From Clostridiales bacterium (GTDB lineage: Bacteria > Bacillota > Clostridia > Christensenellales > UBA3700), in assembly GCA_014799575.1 (NCBI GenBank), contig JAAVHS010000015.1:65820-129819 (forward strand): a stretch of 64,000 bases of DNA, read 5' to 3'. Numbering within the stretch: position 1 is the stretch's first letter; the number at the start of each line of letters is the position of its first letter. A program made the translations under genes and the position numbers. Shown here one piece after another: positions 40,078 to 47,751 of the stretch. The notes under the pieces were generated by a model, which saw nothing but the letters and a program-made list of their open reading frames with translations, was not told the DNA's origin and did no database searches.

Positions 40078-40587
40078 TTATGGCTCAATAATAGTTATTT
40101 TTAATCCTTTATTGCGTGCATAATCTATTGTCGATTTCGTACCGCCCGCTGCACCGCTATATAATGCTATCATCATAGAAGAATTATCTACCATAAATCT
40201 ATTCCGTTCAAGCATACATTCTGCGCCGATATATTCATCATAAATACAACGGACACAATCCAACTGTCTTATCAGTTTTCTATAACGTTGTCTATCTTGC
40301 ACTTGCCACTTAATATCTTGCGTCCTACAAGGCAATACTCCAACAATATTAATATCATTATATTTCTCTTTTAACTCTAATATCGTTTCAACACAAATCA
40401 AATCAAAACCTAGTGCCATGCCACTATAAAAAGTTTCGTAGCCATTATTGATTGCCTTTTCTATTTCAATACGCAAATTGTCCTTCATTTTTAGGCAACG
40501 CTCATCATTCTCATTAAATCCCCAAATAAGTTTCTGATTCCTATGACCTGTAAAACATACGCTTTTCGACTTTACTAACTTTAACAT
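40078..40587 (-). CDS. SLOG-fold DUF1273 (YpsA-like) protein
   Basis: Start moved to ATG 40587 (MLKLVKSKSVCFTGHRNQKL...). FTGHR, YSGMALGFD and GGTKSTIDYA blocks are typical of the DUF1273/YpsA family. The TTG-initiated 21-codon extension in the track overlaps a structured RNA element. Confidence 0.8.
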   Translation of the reverse strand: MLKLVKSKSVCFTGHRNQKLIWGFNENDERCLKMKDNLRIEIEKAINNGYETFYSGMALGFDLICVETILELKEKYNDINIVGVLPCRTQDIKWQVQDRQRYRKLIRQLDCVRCIYDEYIGAECMLERNRFMVDNSSMMIALYSGAAGGTKSTIDYARNKGLKITIIEP

Positions 40588-40594
40588 AAAAAGA

Positions 40595-40781
40595 TGCCGC
40601 CCCTTGCGGAACGGCACCGTAGAATACCGTCCCTTTGGTTGCGACGCCAAATAAACCTTTTTCCGTGGAAATCAGTCTGGAACAGGTATTGCTACCAATG
40701 TTAGATAGATTTCCACGTATAGCGAAACTATACCCCTACTTTCTAGGAATTGCAAAAGGTTTATTTAATTTGACGTCGCAA
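40595..40781 (-). promoter_or_regulatory. structured 5' leader (riboswitch/attenuator-like) ending in a terminator that abuts the SLOG start codon
   Basis: Read on the minus strand. A long outer helix pairs 40754-40781 with 40639-40661. It encloses hairpins CCUA-GAAAG-UAGG, GUAUAG-UUUCG-CUAUAC, a 10-bp stem CGUGGAAAUC/GAUUUCCACG and GGUA-GCAA-UACC. Next comes the possible antiterminator GGGACGG...CCGUUCC. Last is the terminator UGCCGUUCC-GCAA-GGGGCGGCA+UCUUUUUAUG (40595-40616). Confidence 0.55.
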
Positions 40782-40785
40782 GATT

Positions 40786-40814
40786 ATTTTAACACCTCTT
40801 GACAAAAATATCAA
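40786..40814 (-). promoter_or_regulatory. sigma-A-type promoter driving the structured leader
   Basis: On the minus strand: TTGATA (40809-40814), 17 nt, TAAAAT (40786-40791). The predicted TSS falls at the 5' edge of the outer helix. Confidence 0.55.
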
Positions 40815-40855
40815 GAGTAATCTAAAAGAAACGACAATTACTTTGTTTTAATTCT

Positions 40856-42508
40856 TTACATCTCCAAATCTTTTTTCCTTGCTGCTCTCCTTTCCATATA
40901 TTCCAAATAATCAAGATACTCGTCATAGTCATCGAAACCTAGTTTCGCCATTTCTTCTTTGGCTTTCTTATATTCCGCAATAGAATTGTCCAAATCTTCC
41001 AAAATTTCGTCTTGACTCATTCTACTAGCCTTTTCAAGTATTTCTTTGACGTTAGGTTTAATCTCGTCCGTAGCCGCCTCTACGGGCTCAGGATTGACTT
41101 GTGCTTGTGTCTGCACTTGCGCTGGGACTTTCCCTTGCGCTTGTTCGTGTTCAGCGCCTCTAAAAATGTTAGACAACAATGCTTTCGTTTCATATTGGTC
41201 TTGTTCGTCATGCTCCATCATTTCGCCGCCGAACGCATTAGTGAGTGTATTCGCCACATTGAGTTTTGACGAATAGTTCAAATGGCTATAAATATCTGCC
41301 GTCGTGCTTATAGCCGAATGACCTAACCACTCTTGAATTTCTTTCATACTCACACCGCACGCAAGCAAGAGACTTGCGCAACTGTGCCTAAGTTCGTGGA
41401 ATCTTATTTTCGGCAACTCATTCTGCGTAAGAAAATTTTGGAAATGACAAGTTAGCGTATTAGGATTTACTATCATTCCTATCTCATCAACCCAAACATA
41501 GTCTATATATTCTTGATTATAATACTTGCCGAACTCAGCCTTATTCTTGTCTTGTTCTGCTTTTAATTTTAGCAACGCTTCTTTTATTTCGGGTATCAAC
41601 GGCATTGTTCTCTTGCTTGCAGCATTTTTCATCACGTCCTTTTTTACAAGTACCGTTTTGTTGTTTACACTTGCTTGAACTATAGATGAATTGAGCGTGA
41701 GTTTGTTGTTATCAAAGTCTATCGAACTCCACCTCATACCGCAAAGCTCACTACGACGCAAACCGTAGAACGCAGTCATCTTATACATCAATTCATACTT
41801 ATCTCCTTTCAATTTTTCAAACAAAACTTTCAACTGTTTTAAGTCATAATACTTGGCTTCGTATTTTGGGCTTTTGGGCTTCTCTACCTTTGACGCTGGA
41901 TTTACTTGAATCCTATCCGTTCTATATGCAATCTCCAATGCTCTCCGAATAATAACGTGAGCGTGCGTACAAGACTGAACACTCTTGCCATTATCTATCA
42001 GCCATGCATAATATGTTTGTATGTCCATCGGACTTATGCCTTGCAAAGTTATTCCTCTGTCATTAAAATACGGAGCAATTTGTTTTATCTTGGCCTTGTA
42101 TGATGAATATGTACTAATCTGCAAATTAGTTTTCGCCATCTCAATCCACTGCGCTAGATAATCGCCAAACAACATATCTTCGCCCATATATTGTCTCGCT
42201 TGATACATATAACCCGATTGCAGCATAGGTTGTCCTTGCATCATGTATGTAGGTTGCGGTTGCCACATATTCTGCGGCTTTCGAGATTTAGGCATTTTAA
42301 TCTTACGCGTACCATTCTTCTTGACAAGTTCTTCTACTTGCGGATCAAAGTTCGCAACAATATCACGCATCAACTCTTCGGCTATTCTCTTATTATTTTT
42401 CACAGGCAAACCCGTTGCCTTCCATTTTTGTTTATTCTTTCCTTGTGAATCTTGATATGATATGACTACGTAATATCTTCCATTCTTAACTACTAATCTT
42501 CCAGTCAT
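40856..42508 (-). CDS. int: tyrosine recombinase/integrase (Tn916/phage-type) with unusual insertions
   Basis: N-terminal arm-binding-type region: MTGRLVVKNGRYYVVISYQDSQGKNKQKWKATGL. Catalytic region: HELRHSCASLLLACG...LGHSAISTTADIYSHL. At 550 aa it carries a Q/P/M-rich insert and an acidic C-terminal extension of about 130 aa. Confidence 0.9.
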   Translation of the reverse strand: MTGRLVVKNGRYYVVISYQDSQGKNKQKWKATGLPVKNNKRIAEELMRDIVANFDPQVEELVKKNGTRKIKMPKSRKPQNMWQPQPTYMMQGQPMLQSGYMYQARQYMGEDMLFGDYLAQWIEMAKTNLQISTYSSYKAKIKQIAPYFNDRGITLQGISPMDIQTYYAWLIDNGKSVQSCTHAHVIIRRALEIAYRTDRIQVNPASKVEKPKSPKYEAKYYDLKQLKVLFEKLKGDKYELMYKMTAFYGLRRSELCGMRWSSIDFDNNKLTLNSSIVQASVNNKTVLVKKDVMKNAASKRTMPLIPEIKEALLKLKAEQDKNKAEFGKYYNQEYIDYVWVDEIGMIVNPNTLTCHFQNFLTQNELPKIRFHELRHSCASLLLACGVSMKEIQEWLGHSAISTTADIYSHLNYSSKLNVANTLTNAFGGEMMEHDEQDQYETKALLSNIFRGAEHEQAQGKVPAQVQTQAQVNPEPVEAATDEIKPNVKEILEKASRMSQDEILEDLDNSIAEYKKAKEEMAKLGFDDYDEYLDYLEYMERRAARKKDLEM

Positions 42509-42693
42509 TATGCTGCCTCCTCATTTATAAATTCGATTACGTTTCGCTTTGCGATGATATATCTGCGGCCTACTTTGCGTGATTTAATCTCACCGCTGCG
42601 GACAAGTCTATATGCAAGCACTTGTCCAATGTGCAACATCTCCGACACTTGCTCAACACTTACAACGTCGGGATAGTCTTTAAATACTTCCAT
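42508..42693 (-). CDS. xis: excisionase-family DNA-binding protein
   Basis: 61 aa. VSVEQVSEMLHIGQVLAYRLVRSGEIKSRKVGRRYIIAKRNV is a MerR/Xis-type winged HTH. GGAGGA SD; its stop overlaps the int start. Confidence 0.85.
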   Translation of the reverse strand: MEVFKDYPDVVSVEQVSEMLHIGQVLAYRLVRSGEIKSRKVGRRYIIAKRNVIEFINEEAA

Positions 42694-43103
42694 TTATTTT
42701 CCTCCATTTTATATGTCTTTTTTGGTTCTCCCAGAACTAAGGCGGGTATCCCGCTTCCGTAGTTTTTTGAAGTAGACGAAATCGTCTTGTGACGGCAAAT
42801 TGAGTCTACTCCTTATCCTGCTCGCCTTTTGGGCAGTTTTAGCCTTATATATTCTACATTTCACTCCTCCTCTATTCTCTACATTTTCTTCTTTTTGGGG
42901 GTCTTTTGCTGTCTCTTTCTTTATGGACATTTTGGGTAATTCTTAGGAACGTACAATTAGTTCATTATTCATCTATTTCCCTACATACCTTATTCACTAA
43001 TTAACCCAATTACTTTGTCCCTCACTATTAATGGACACTTATTGTTGATTTTTCGGGGTGCATAAATGAAATTCGTTTAACATTTTTTGAAAGCATTATA
43101 TTG

Positions 43104-43594
43104 CACCATTCACTTATTAGAGAAAATCAGGCACTTAGTCCACGATACTTTGCAAAATTTTTTTAGATATTTTTTCTCAATTAAAAACACCTCCCACTTA
43201 TAAGAGAAAAATCGATACTTTCTCACCCTGTTTTTTCAAAACTTTTTTGATCTTTTCGAAAAATTTTATTATCCACCACTATTAAAGTTCAAAAACAGCC
43301 AAAAGTTAAGGCTAACTTTGAAAATTTTTTCACAATGTTTTACTTTCATAGTTAACATAAGCCTCCACTTATTAGAGAAAATTTAGGGGGTACTTGACGG
43401 TCTGGAACGAAAGTTTTGATAAACATATTTTGCTACTGAAAATATCTCTCCCCACTTATAAGAGAAAAATCAGCATTTTGTTAGGGTGTTTTTGAAAAAG
43501 TTTTTTACATTTTGAAAATTTCCCAATTGCTCATACTATAAAAGTCCCCAATTAGCCAATAATTAAGTCTATCTTTGGAGATTTTTTCACAAAG
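43104..43594. repeat. noncoding degenerate repeat array (2 x ~256 bp, each with two CACTTAT(T/A)AGAGAAAA(A)T words)
   Basis: The core word occurs at 43111-43127, 43195-43212, 43366-43382 and 43453-43470, giving spacings of 84/171/87 and a superunit period of 255-258. Both superunits end in ATTTTTTCACAA. No ORF of 60 aa or more exists on either strand across 42931-43653. Confidence 0.75.
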
Positions 43595-43602
43595 CCATGT
43601 GC

Positions 43603-43635
43603 AAAAAAATGACGAGCACTATTTACTCGTCATTT
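43603..43635 (-). terminator. intrinsic terminator after lmuB-like gene
   Basis: AAATGACGAG-9 nt-CTCGTCATTT hairpin with a T7 run on the minus strand. Confidence 0.7.
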
Positions 43636-43653
43636 CTATACAATAATTTTATA

Positions 43654-45111
43654 TTAGTCCAATAAAGATTGTTTATTGAATAATGTTCCATCCATTGGAA
43701 TTATTTTAATATCTTCAAATATTTCATGATAATCATTGATAGAAGCTATGAACACCTGGTGATCAGCAAAATCTCGTTTAATGATAGTTAACATAGTTCT
43801 AATAGTCTCATCCTCTATCTCTCTTCCACTTGGTGAATCGCAAAATATTGGAAGTGGATATCCAACTTTCTCACTTAATAATTTAATATAAACTAGTTTA
43901 TGCATAAATACCATTTTATGTAGTACTGCACCTGATTTTGATTTTAACTTGTGCGTAAAAATATCTATTTTATACGCAGGAGAAAGCCCTAGCTCTAAAG
44001 TATACCCTTCAATTATTTTATACGCCTTATCAATCCAATCATTGGAGGCTTTTGTCCGTTTAAGTAATTGTTCATTGATAGCCTTTCTTTCTTTTTTCAA
44101 TTTATCAACTAAAGATTGGGCCTCTATTGTTCCTATTCTTTTAACATCGGCAAGTCGTCTAACCAAGTCCTCTTCCACATTAGGAATATTTTCAAAAGAA
44201 ATTTGTTTTCTTTGTGTAGATTCTATTTCTGCAATTCGCTGTTTTATTGCATTCTTTTCTGACACAAGTAAAAATTTCCGCGCCTCATTCGACTCGAATA
44301 CCTGCTGATAATTATATAAATTATGCCTAGTTACCTGAATAATCTCTTGATCTAGTGTTTGAATATATATTTTCTTTTTTTCAATGTAATCAACAAAATC
44401 CTTATTGCCTTTAATGATTTCATTAATTTCTTTCAGTTCTTCCTCAACAATAGATAATCTCTGTTTCTTCTCAAGCAACTCCCTTTCAAGTGTCTCTCCA
44501 TAAGTATCATAACTTACTTTTTTATTCACTTCTATATTAATAGCATCTTGATACTCCGCAATGTTAACCATAAATTTGTACTGCGCTATTTTCTTATCTA
44601 TCTCCCTCAATTTTGATTCAAGCATACGACTTTCTTCGCTATCATCATCATTTAATCCTCTAAAAAAGTCTTCTATTGAAAAACGATTAATTCCTATAAT
44701 AGTGCCTCTATTTAATAATGTCCATCCCTTTTCTTGATCAAAATATATTGTACCTAATAAATTATCGAGCAAATTGTGGTCCATAATATTAAAGAGCATA
44801 GCTCTAATTGCTAACTCATCTACTGGCAAGCCATAGTCAACATCATTTATAGTTATTAAAGAATCTTTTCGAACTATATTAAATTCCGAACCATTAACTA
44901 TAATTCTCATAACAAATTCAAAATCACTAAATTTAATAAGTTCGGTGTCTGGAACATTAAATCCTAGCGTGTATAGAAAAGCACGTATTAAAGTAGTCTT
45001 TCCAGTAGAATTAGTATTGCTATGGAAATTAAAAACTGATTTATCCTCATCTATTACAGTCTTAAAATTAAAAGATTGTTTGTGCCGAAGTTTAAAGTTT
45101 ATTATCTTCAT
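43654..45111 (-). CDS. SMC/Rad50-like ABC ATPase, LmuB-like (DUF3732-type layout)
   Basis: N-terminal Walker A NSTGKTTLIRAFLYTLGF, a long central coiled coil (E/K/I/L heptads), then a C-terminal LPIFCDSPSGREIEDE ... DHQVFIAS (Walker B/H-loop-like). The 4-nt overlap with the upstream Cap4-nuclease gene indicates coupling. Confidence 0.6.
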   Translation of the reverse strand: MKIINFKLRHKQSFNFKTVIDEDKSVFNFHSNTNSTGKTTLIRAFLYTLGFNVPDTELIKFSDFEFVMRIIVNGSEFNIVRKDSLITINDVDYGLPVDELAIRAMLFNIMDHNLLDNLLGTIYFDQEKGWTLLNRGTIIGINRFSIEDFFRGLNDDDSEESRMLESKLREIDKKIAQYKFMVNIAEYQDAINIEVNKKVSYDTYGETLERELLEKKQRLSIVEEELKEINEIIKGNKDFVDYIEKKKIYIQTLDQEIIQVTRHNLYNYQQVFESNEARKFLLVSEKNAIKQRIAEIESTQRKQISFENIPNVEEDLVRRLADVKRIGTIEAQSLVDKLKKERKAINEQLLKRTKASNDWIDKAYKIIEGYTLELGLSPAYKIDIFTHKLKSKSGAVLHKMVFMHKLVYIKLLSEKVGYPLPIFCDSPSGREIEDETIRTMLTIIKRDFADHQVFIASINDYHEIFEDIKIIPMDGTLFNKQSLLD

Positions 45112-46136
45112 TGTAAATTCGCCGCCTCTCGTACTTGTTCTATTTTTTTGTTTCTATTTATCATTGTTAATAGTGTTAATTTTACGACAGCTTGTCGAAC
45201 ATCGCTATCTTTAATTTCACTAAATGCATTTTCATATTTCTCCCAATTATCAATAACAAATTTGTATTTAAATTTAGTTCGTTCCTCAGAACTCAATAAT
45301 CTACGCTGTATGCTATATTCTGCTAGTGCCGGAGTTACAAAATCATATTCACAACACCGAGCAGTTATCAATTTAGTGTATTGTGAAGCAATTTCATCAT
45401 AATCTTCAAAGTCGCTAACTTTTTGAAATTCTTCTAATTTCACAGGATTATCAATTGCTAAAACTATAACGGGATACATTATCTCTTTTTTCTCTTTTGC
45501 AAAGCTCATTCCCTCTTTTGGCTTATCTGTGCAGTTAAGTGAGAATAAAGTATACCATTTATTCCAAAGCCGCTCAATATAAGAAGTATTACCTAAAGCA
45601 TCTTGTAAAAACTCTTTAATACTTTCTTTGATTGAGGCAAATTTATTATCACCTTCACCAAAGAATTTTAGAACATGAATATGAAACTTTTCTATCGGGA
45701 AATCATTCCCCACAATATCTTTCAATTTATTCTGGTCTTCCAATGGCAAACTTGAATAATCATATTGACTATCATAACTGGAATAAAATGGACTAATTTC
45801 TCTCGAGTTTGATAATGGATTTAATATATTAGTAATGTAAATTAATTGCACAAAATCAGAATTTTTCTTTACATCATCAGAGAGTGTTTCTAATGACTTT
45901 CTCAAATTATCATTTGCAGTATTCTGCTGATTCATCTGAGTTACAGACTTTGCTTGAGCATATATTTTCCCATTCGGCAAAGTGATCTCAATATCATCAT
46001 CTTTTCCTTCCATCTTTAACGCCGTAAACTCTTTGACATTCTCAAGCATTAACTTTATACCTGCCCCAACTTGAAATGCCCACCCAAAAGCAGATGCCGA
46101 TGCATTTCTATCTTTCTCTGATTTATCTGCCATCAT
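45108..46136 (-). CDS. Cap4-type (DUF4297) PD-(D/E)xK nuclease-domain protein, LmuA-like effector
   Basis: N-terminal SAFGWAFQVGAGIKLML...MEGKDDDIEITLPNGKIYAQAKSV matches the GFxYQ...D..E..QxK pattern of Cap4/DUF4297 nucleases. A C-terminal region of about 200 aa is unknown. Confidence 0.6.
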   Translation of the reverse strand: MMADKSEKDRNASASAFGWAFQVGAGIKLMLENVKEFTALKMEGKDDDIEITLPNGKIYAQAKSVTQMNQQNTANDNLRKSLETLSDDVKKNSDFVQLIYITNILNPLSNSREISPFYSSYDSQYDYSSLPLEDQNKLKDIVGNDFPIEKFHIHVLKFFGEGDNKFASIKESIKEFLQDALGNTSYIERLWNKWYTLFSLNCTDKPKEGMSFAKEKKEIMYPVIVLAIDNPVKLEEFQKVSDFEDYDEIASQYTKLITARCCEYDFVTPALAEYSIQRRLLSSEERTKFKYKFVIDNWEKYENAFSEIKDSDVRQAVVKLTLLTMINRNKKIEQVREAANLQ

Positions 46137-46158
46137 TTTATCTCCATTATTCGTATAA

Positions 46159-46416
46159 TTATTTATTCCAATTCATTTTCTCAGCAACAACTGTAAGACA
46201 TGCAAAGAACAGTTCTTGTTTATGCATATCGTCTACCTTTTCAGCAGCATCCAAATATTCTCTAAACTTATTAACTGTCTTCATTACTTCTAAACTTTGT
46301 TGCTGTTCATAGGCTCTAATTTGCGCCTGATAATCTATATAAACTTGCGGATTAATATATTGAGGATTATATGACCAACTAGCGAACTGCGGACAATTGT
46401 TATTATTGTAATACAT
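46159..46416 (-). CDS. small hypothetical protein, first gene of Lamassu-like operon
   Basis: 85 aa with a strong AAGGAGA SD 7 nt upstream. It ends 22 nt before the lmuA-like gene. N/Q/Y-rich N-terminus. Confidence 0.55.
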   Translation of the reverse strand: MYYNNNNCPQFASWSYNPQYINPQVYIDYQAQIRAYEQQQSLEVMKTVNKFREYLDAAEKVDDMHKQELFFACLTVVAEKMNWNK

Positions 46417-46541
46417 TTTTTGTCTCCTTATTATTTTATTGTTCCTACAATAAAAAACAACGTAACTATTACTATATAATTAAAGCATATCATATTTACC
46501 ATTTAATTTCAAGATTTAACTGCAAATGAAATTTTACTTAA

Positions 46542-46949
46542 TCATATCAGTTCTTTAATTTTATCTATTAACTTCTCTCTATTTTTATTTTTTAACTCAC
46601 ATTCCCAAATACGAATTACCTTCCAACCTTTGTTAGTTAAATAATATGTAATATCCTTATCATGTTTTTTGTTATAATCGCGCTTTCTATCCCAAAACTC
46701 GGAATTCTCTTTAGGTGTAACGTTCCTACAATCGTGGCCATGCCAAAAACATCCATCAACAAAAACTACAACCTTTTTCTTTGGAAATACAAAATCCGGT
46801 TTTCCAATCAGCGGATAAGTTCTACGCCAACCTATAATATGTAACTCTTTAAAAATCGTTATCATTCTCAATTCAGTCGTTTTTGTATTTCTACTTTTAA
46901 CGGCCTTCATAACTGAAGACCGTTTTTCTTTGCAAAAGATATCACTCAT
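46542..46949 (-). CDS. vsr: very short patch repair endonuclease (Vsr)
   Basis: Start set at ATG 46949 (AAAGGTG SD; MSDIFCKEKRSSVMKAVKSRNTKTTE). GKPDFVFPKKKVVVFVDGCFWHGHDC core motif. Confidence 0.9.
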   Translation of the reverse strand: MSDIFCKEKRSSVMKAVKSRNTKTTELRMITIFKELHIIGWRRTYPLIGKPDFVFPKKKVVVFVDGCFWHGHDCRNVTPKENSEFWDRKRDYNKKHDKDITYYLTNKGWKVIRIWECELKNKNREKLIDKIKELI

Positions 46950-47022
46950 AACTACACACCTTTTACCATCAATTTCCCCTATACGTCTATTTATCAAATA
47001 AAAAAATATTCTTTTTTTTCGC

Positions 47023-47751
47023 TTACTTACTCACTTCGATAAGTTTTTTAAGCGTTATGTCTCTTATATCTTCGGAATCAAGATAATCAAAACTGCTAAT
47101 CGCAGCATAATGATTCAATTCTTTTTTGCATTTTCTAAAATAGTCATTAATACCTTTTTTCGGTCCAATAATTTCTCTAAAGTCCTGAATTGCCAAAAGA
47201 ATTCCTTTCATTCTCTTAAAATTTGCTCTATTTAACGTATCAAGTAAATCTTTCCCCAACATTTGGTTTTCAAATAAAATATTTGTTAAATGATAAGGAT
47301 CTTTGCAGTTAGGATCATAAGTCAAATGAGCCCACCACCAAAGTCTCGACAAACCATTAAAATAATAGAGCCCCATCATACCATCCCCAGGAACAAAATA
47401 CCTTTGCTCGGGACTACTATCGCTCCAACGATATCTCATATATTTACGGCACTCTTCATCCATATGGCACATATATGCCCACATGTACTTATTCGTTGCT
47501 TGTAGAGGTGTAATTTTAAAAGCTTCATACAAATTTCTGGCATTGACAAAGTCATCTTCACTTTTATCTTTAGCCATCGAGTAATAAGGACTAAATTTAT
47601 TCACTTGTTGAGAAGATATACCATACCATTCGACTCCCTTATTAAAACATGTGGGCACCCAATTATCGGTTAATAGATATTTTTCTCTATTCTCATCGAC
47701 AGAGCTTAATAGTCTATCGTATGCGTCTTCCGTAAAAAAACCTAACAACAT
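47023..47751 (-). CDS. hypothetical protein, member of GHKL cassette
   Basis: 242 aa. Conserved-looking aromatic block YYFNGLSRLWWWAHLTYD. No catalytic motif recognised. Its start overlaps the stop of the upstream gene by 1 nt. Confidence 0.7.
   Translation of the reverse strand: MLLGFFTEDAYDRLLSSVDENREKYLLTDNWVPTCFNKGVEWYGISSQQVNKFSPYYSMAKDKSEDDFVNARNLYEAFKITPLQATNKYMWAYMCHMDEECRKYMRYRWSDSSPEQRYFVPGDGMMGLYYFNGLSRLWWWAHLTYDPNCKDPYHLTNILFENQMLGKDLLDTLNRANFKRMKGILLAIQDFREIIGPKKGINDYFRKCKKELNHYAAISSFDYLDSEDIRDITLKKLIEVSK

Noticed and set aside
40588-40650. TTG-initiated N-terminal extension of the SLOG ORF (MASQPKGRYSTVPFRKGRHLF)
   Set aside because: DUF1273 homologues start close to the FTGHR block. 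The extension coincides with GC-rich helices, including a terminator hairpin, so it is more plausibly RNA structure than coding.
40639-40781. Retron msr/msd (flanking inverted repeats a1/a2)
   Set aside because: No reverse transcriptase gene lies anywhere nearby. The element is followed by an antiterminator/terminator pair and a start codon, which fits a cis-regulatory leader better.
42709-42930. 73-aa basic ORF upstream of xis
   Set aside because: It has no SD (TTACCCAAAATG), a low-complexity K/R-rich product, and lies in what is probably the xis-int regulatory region. I cannot support it as a gene.
43104-43594. CRISPR array
   Set aside because: The repeats are degenerate, occur in only four copies with alternating 84/171-bp spacing, show no palindromic repeat structure, and no cas genes lie nearby.
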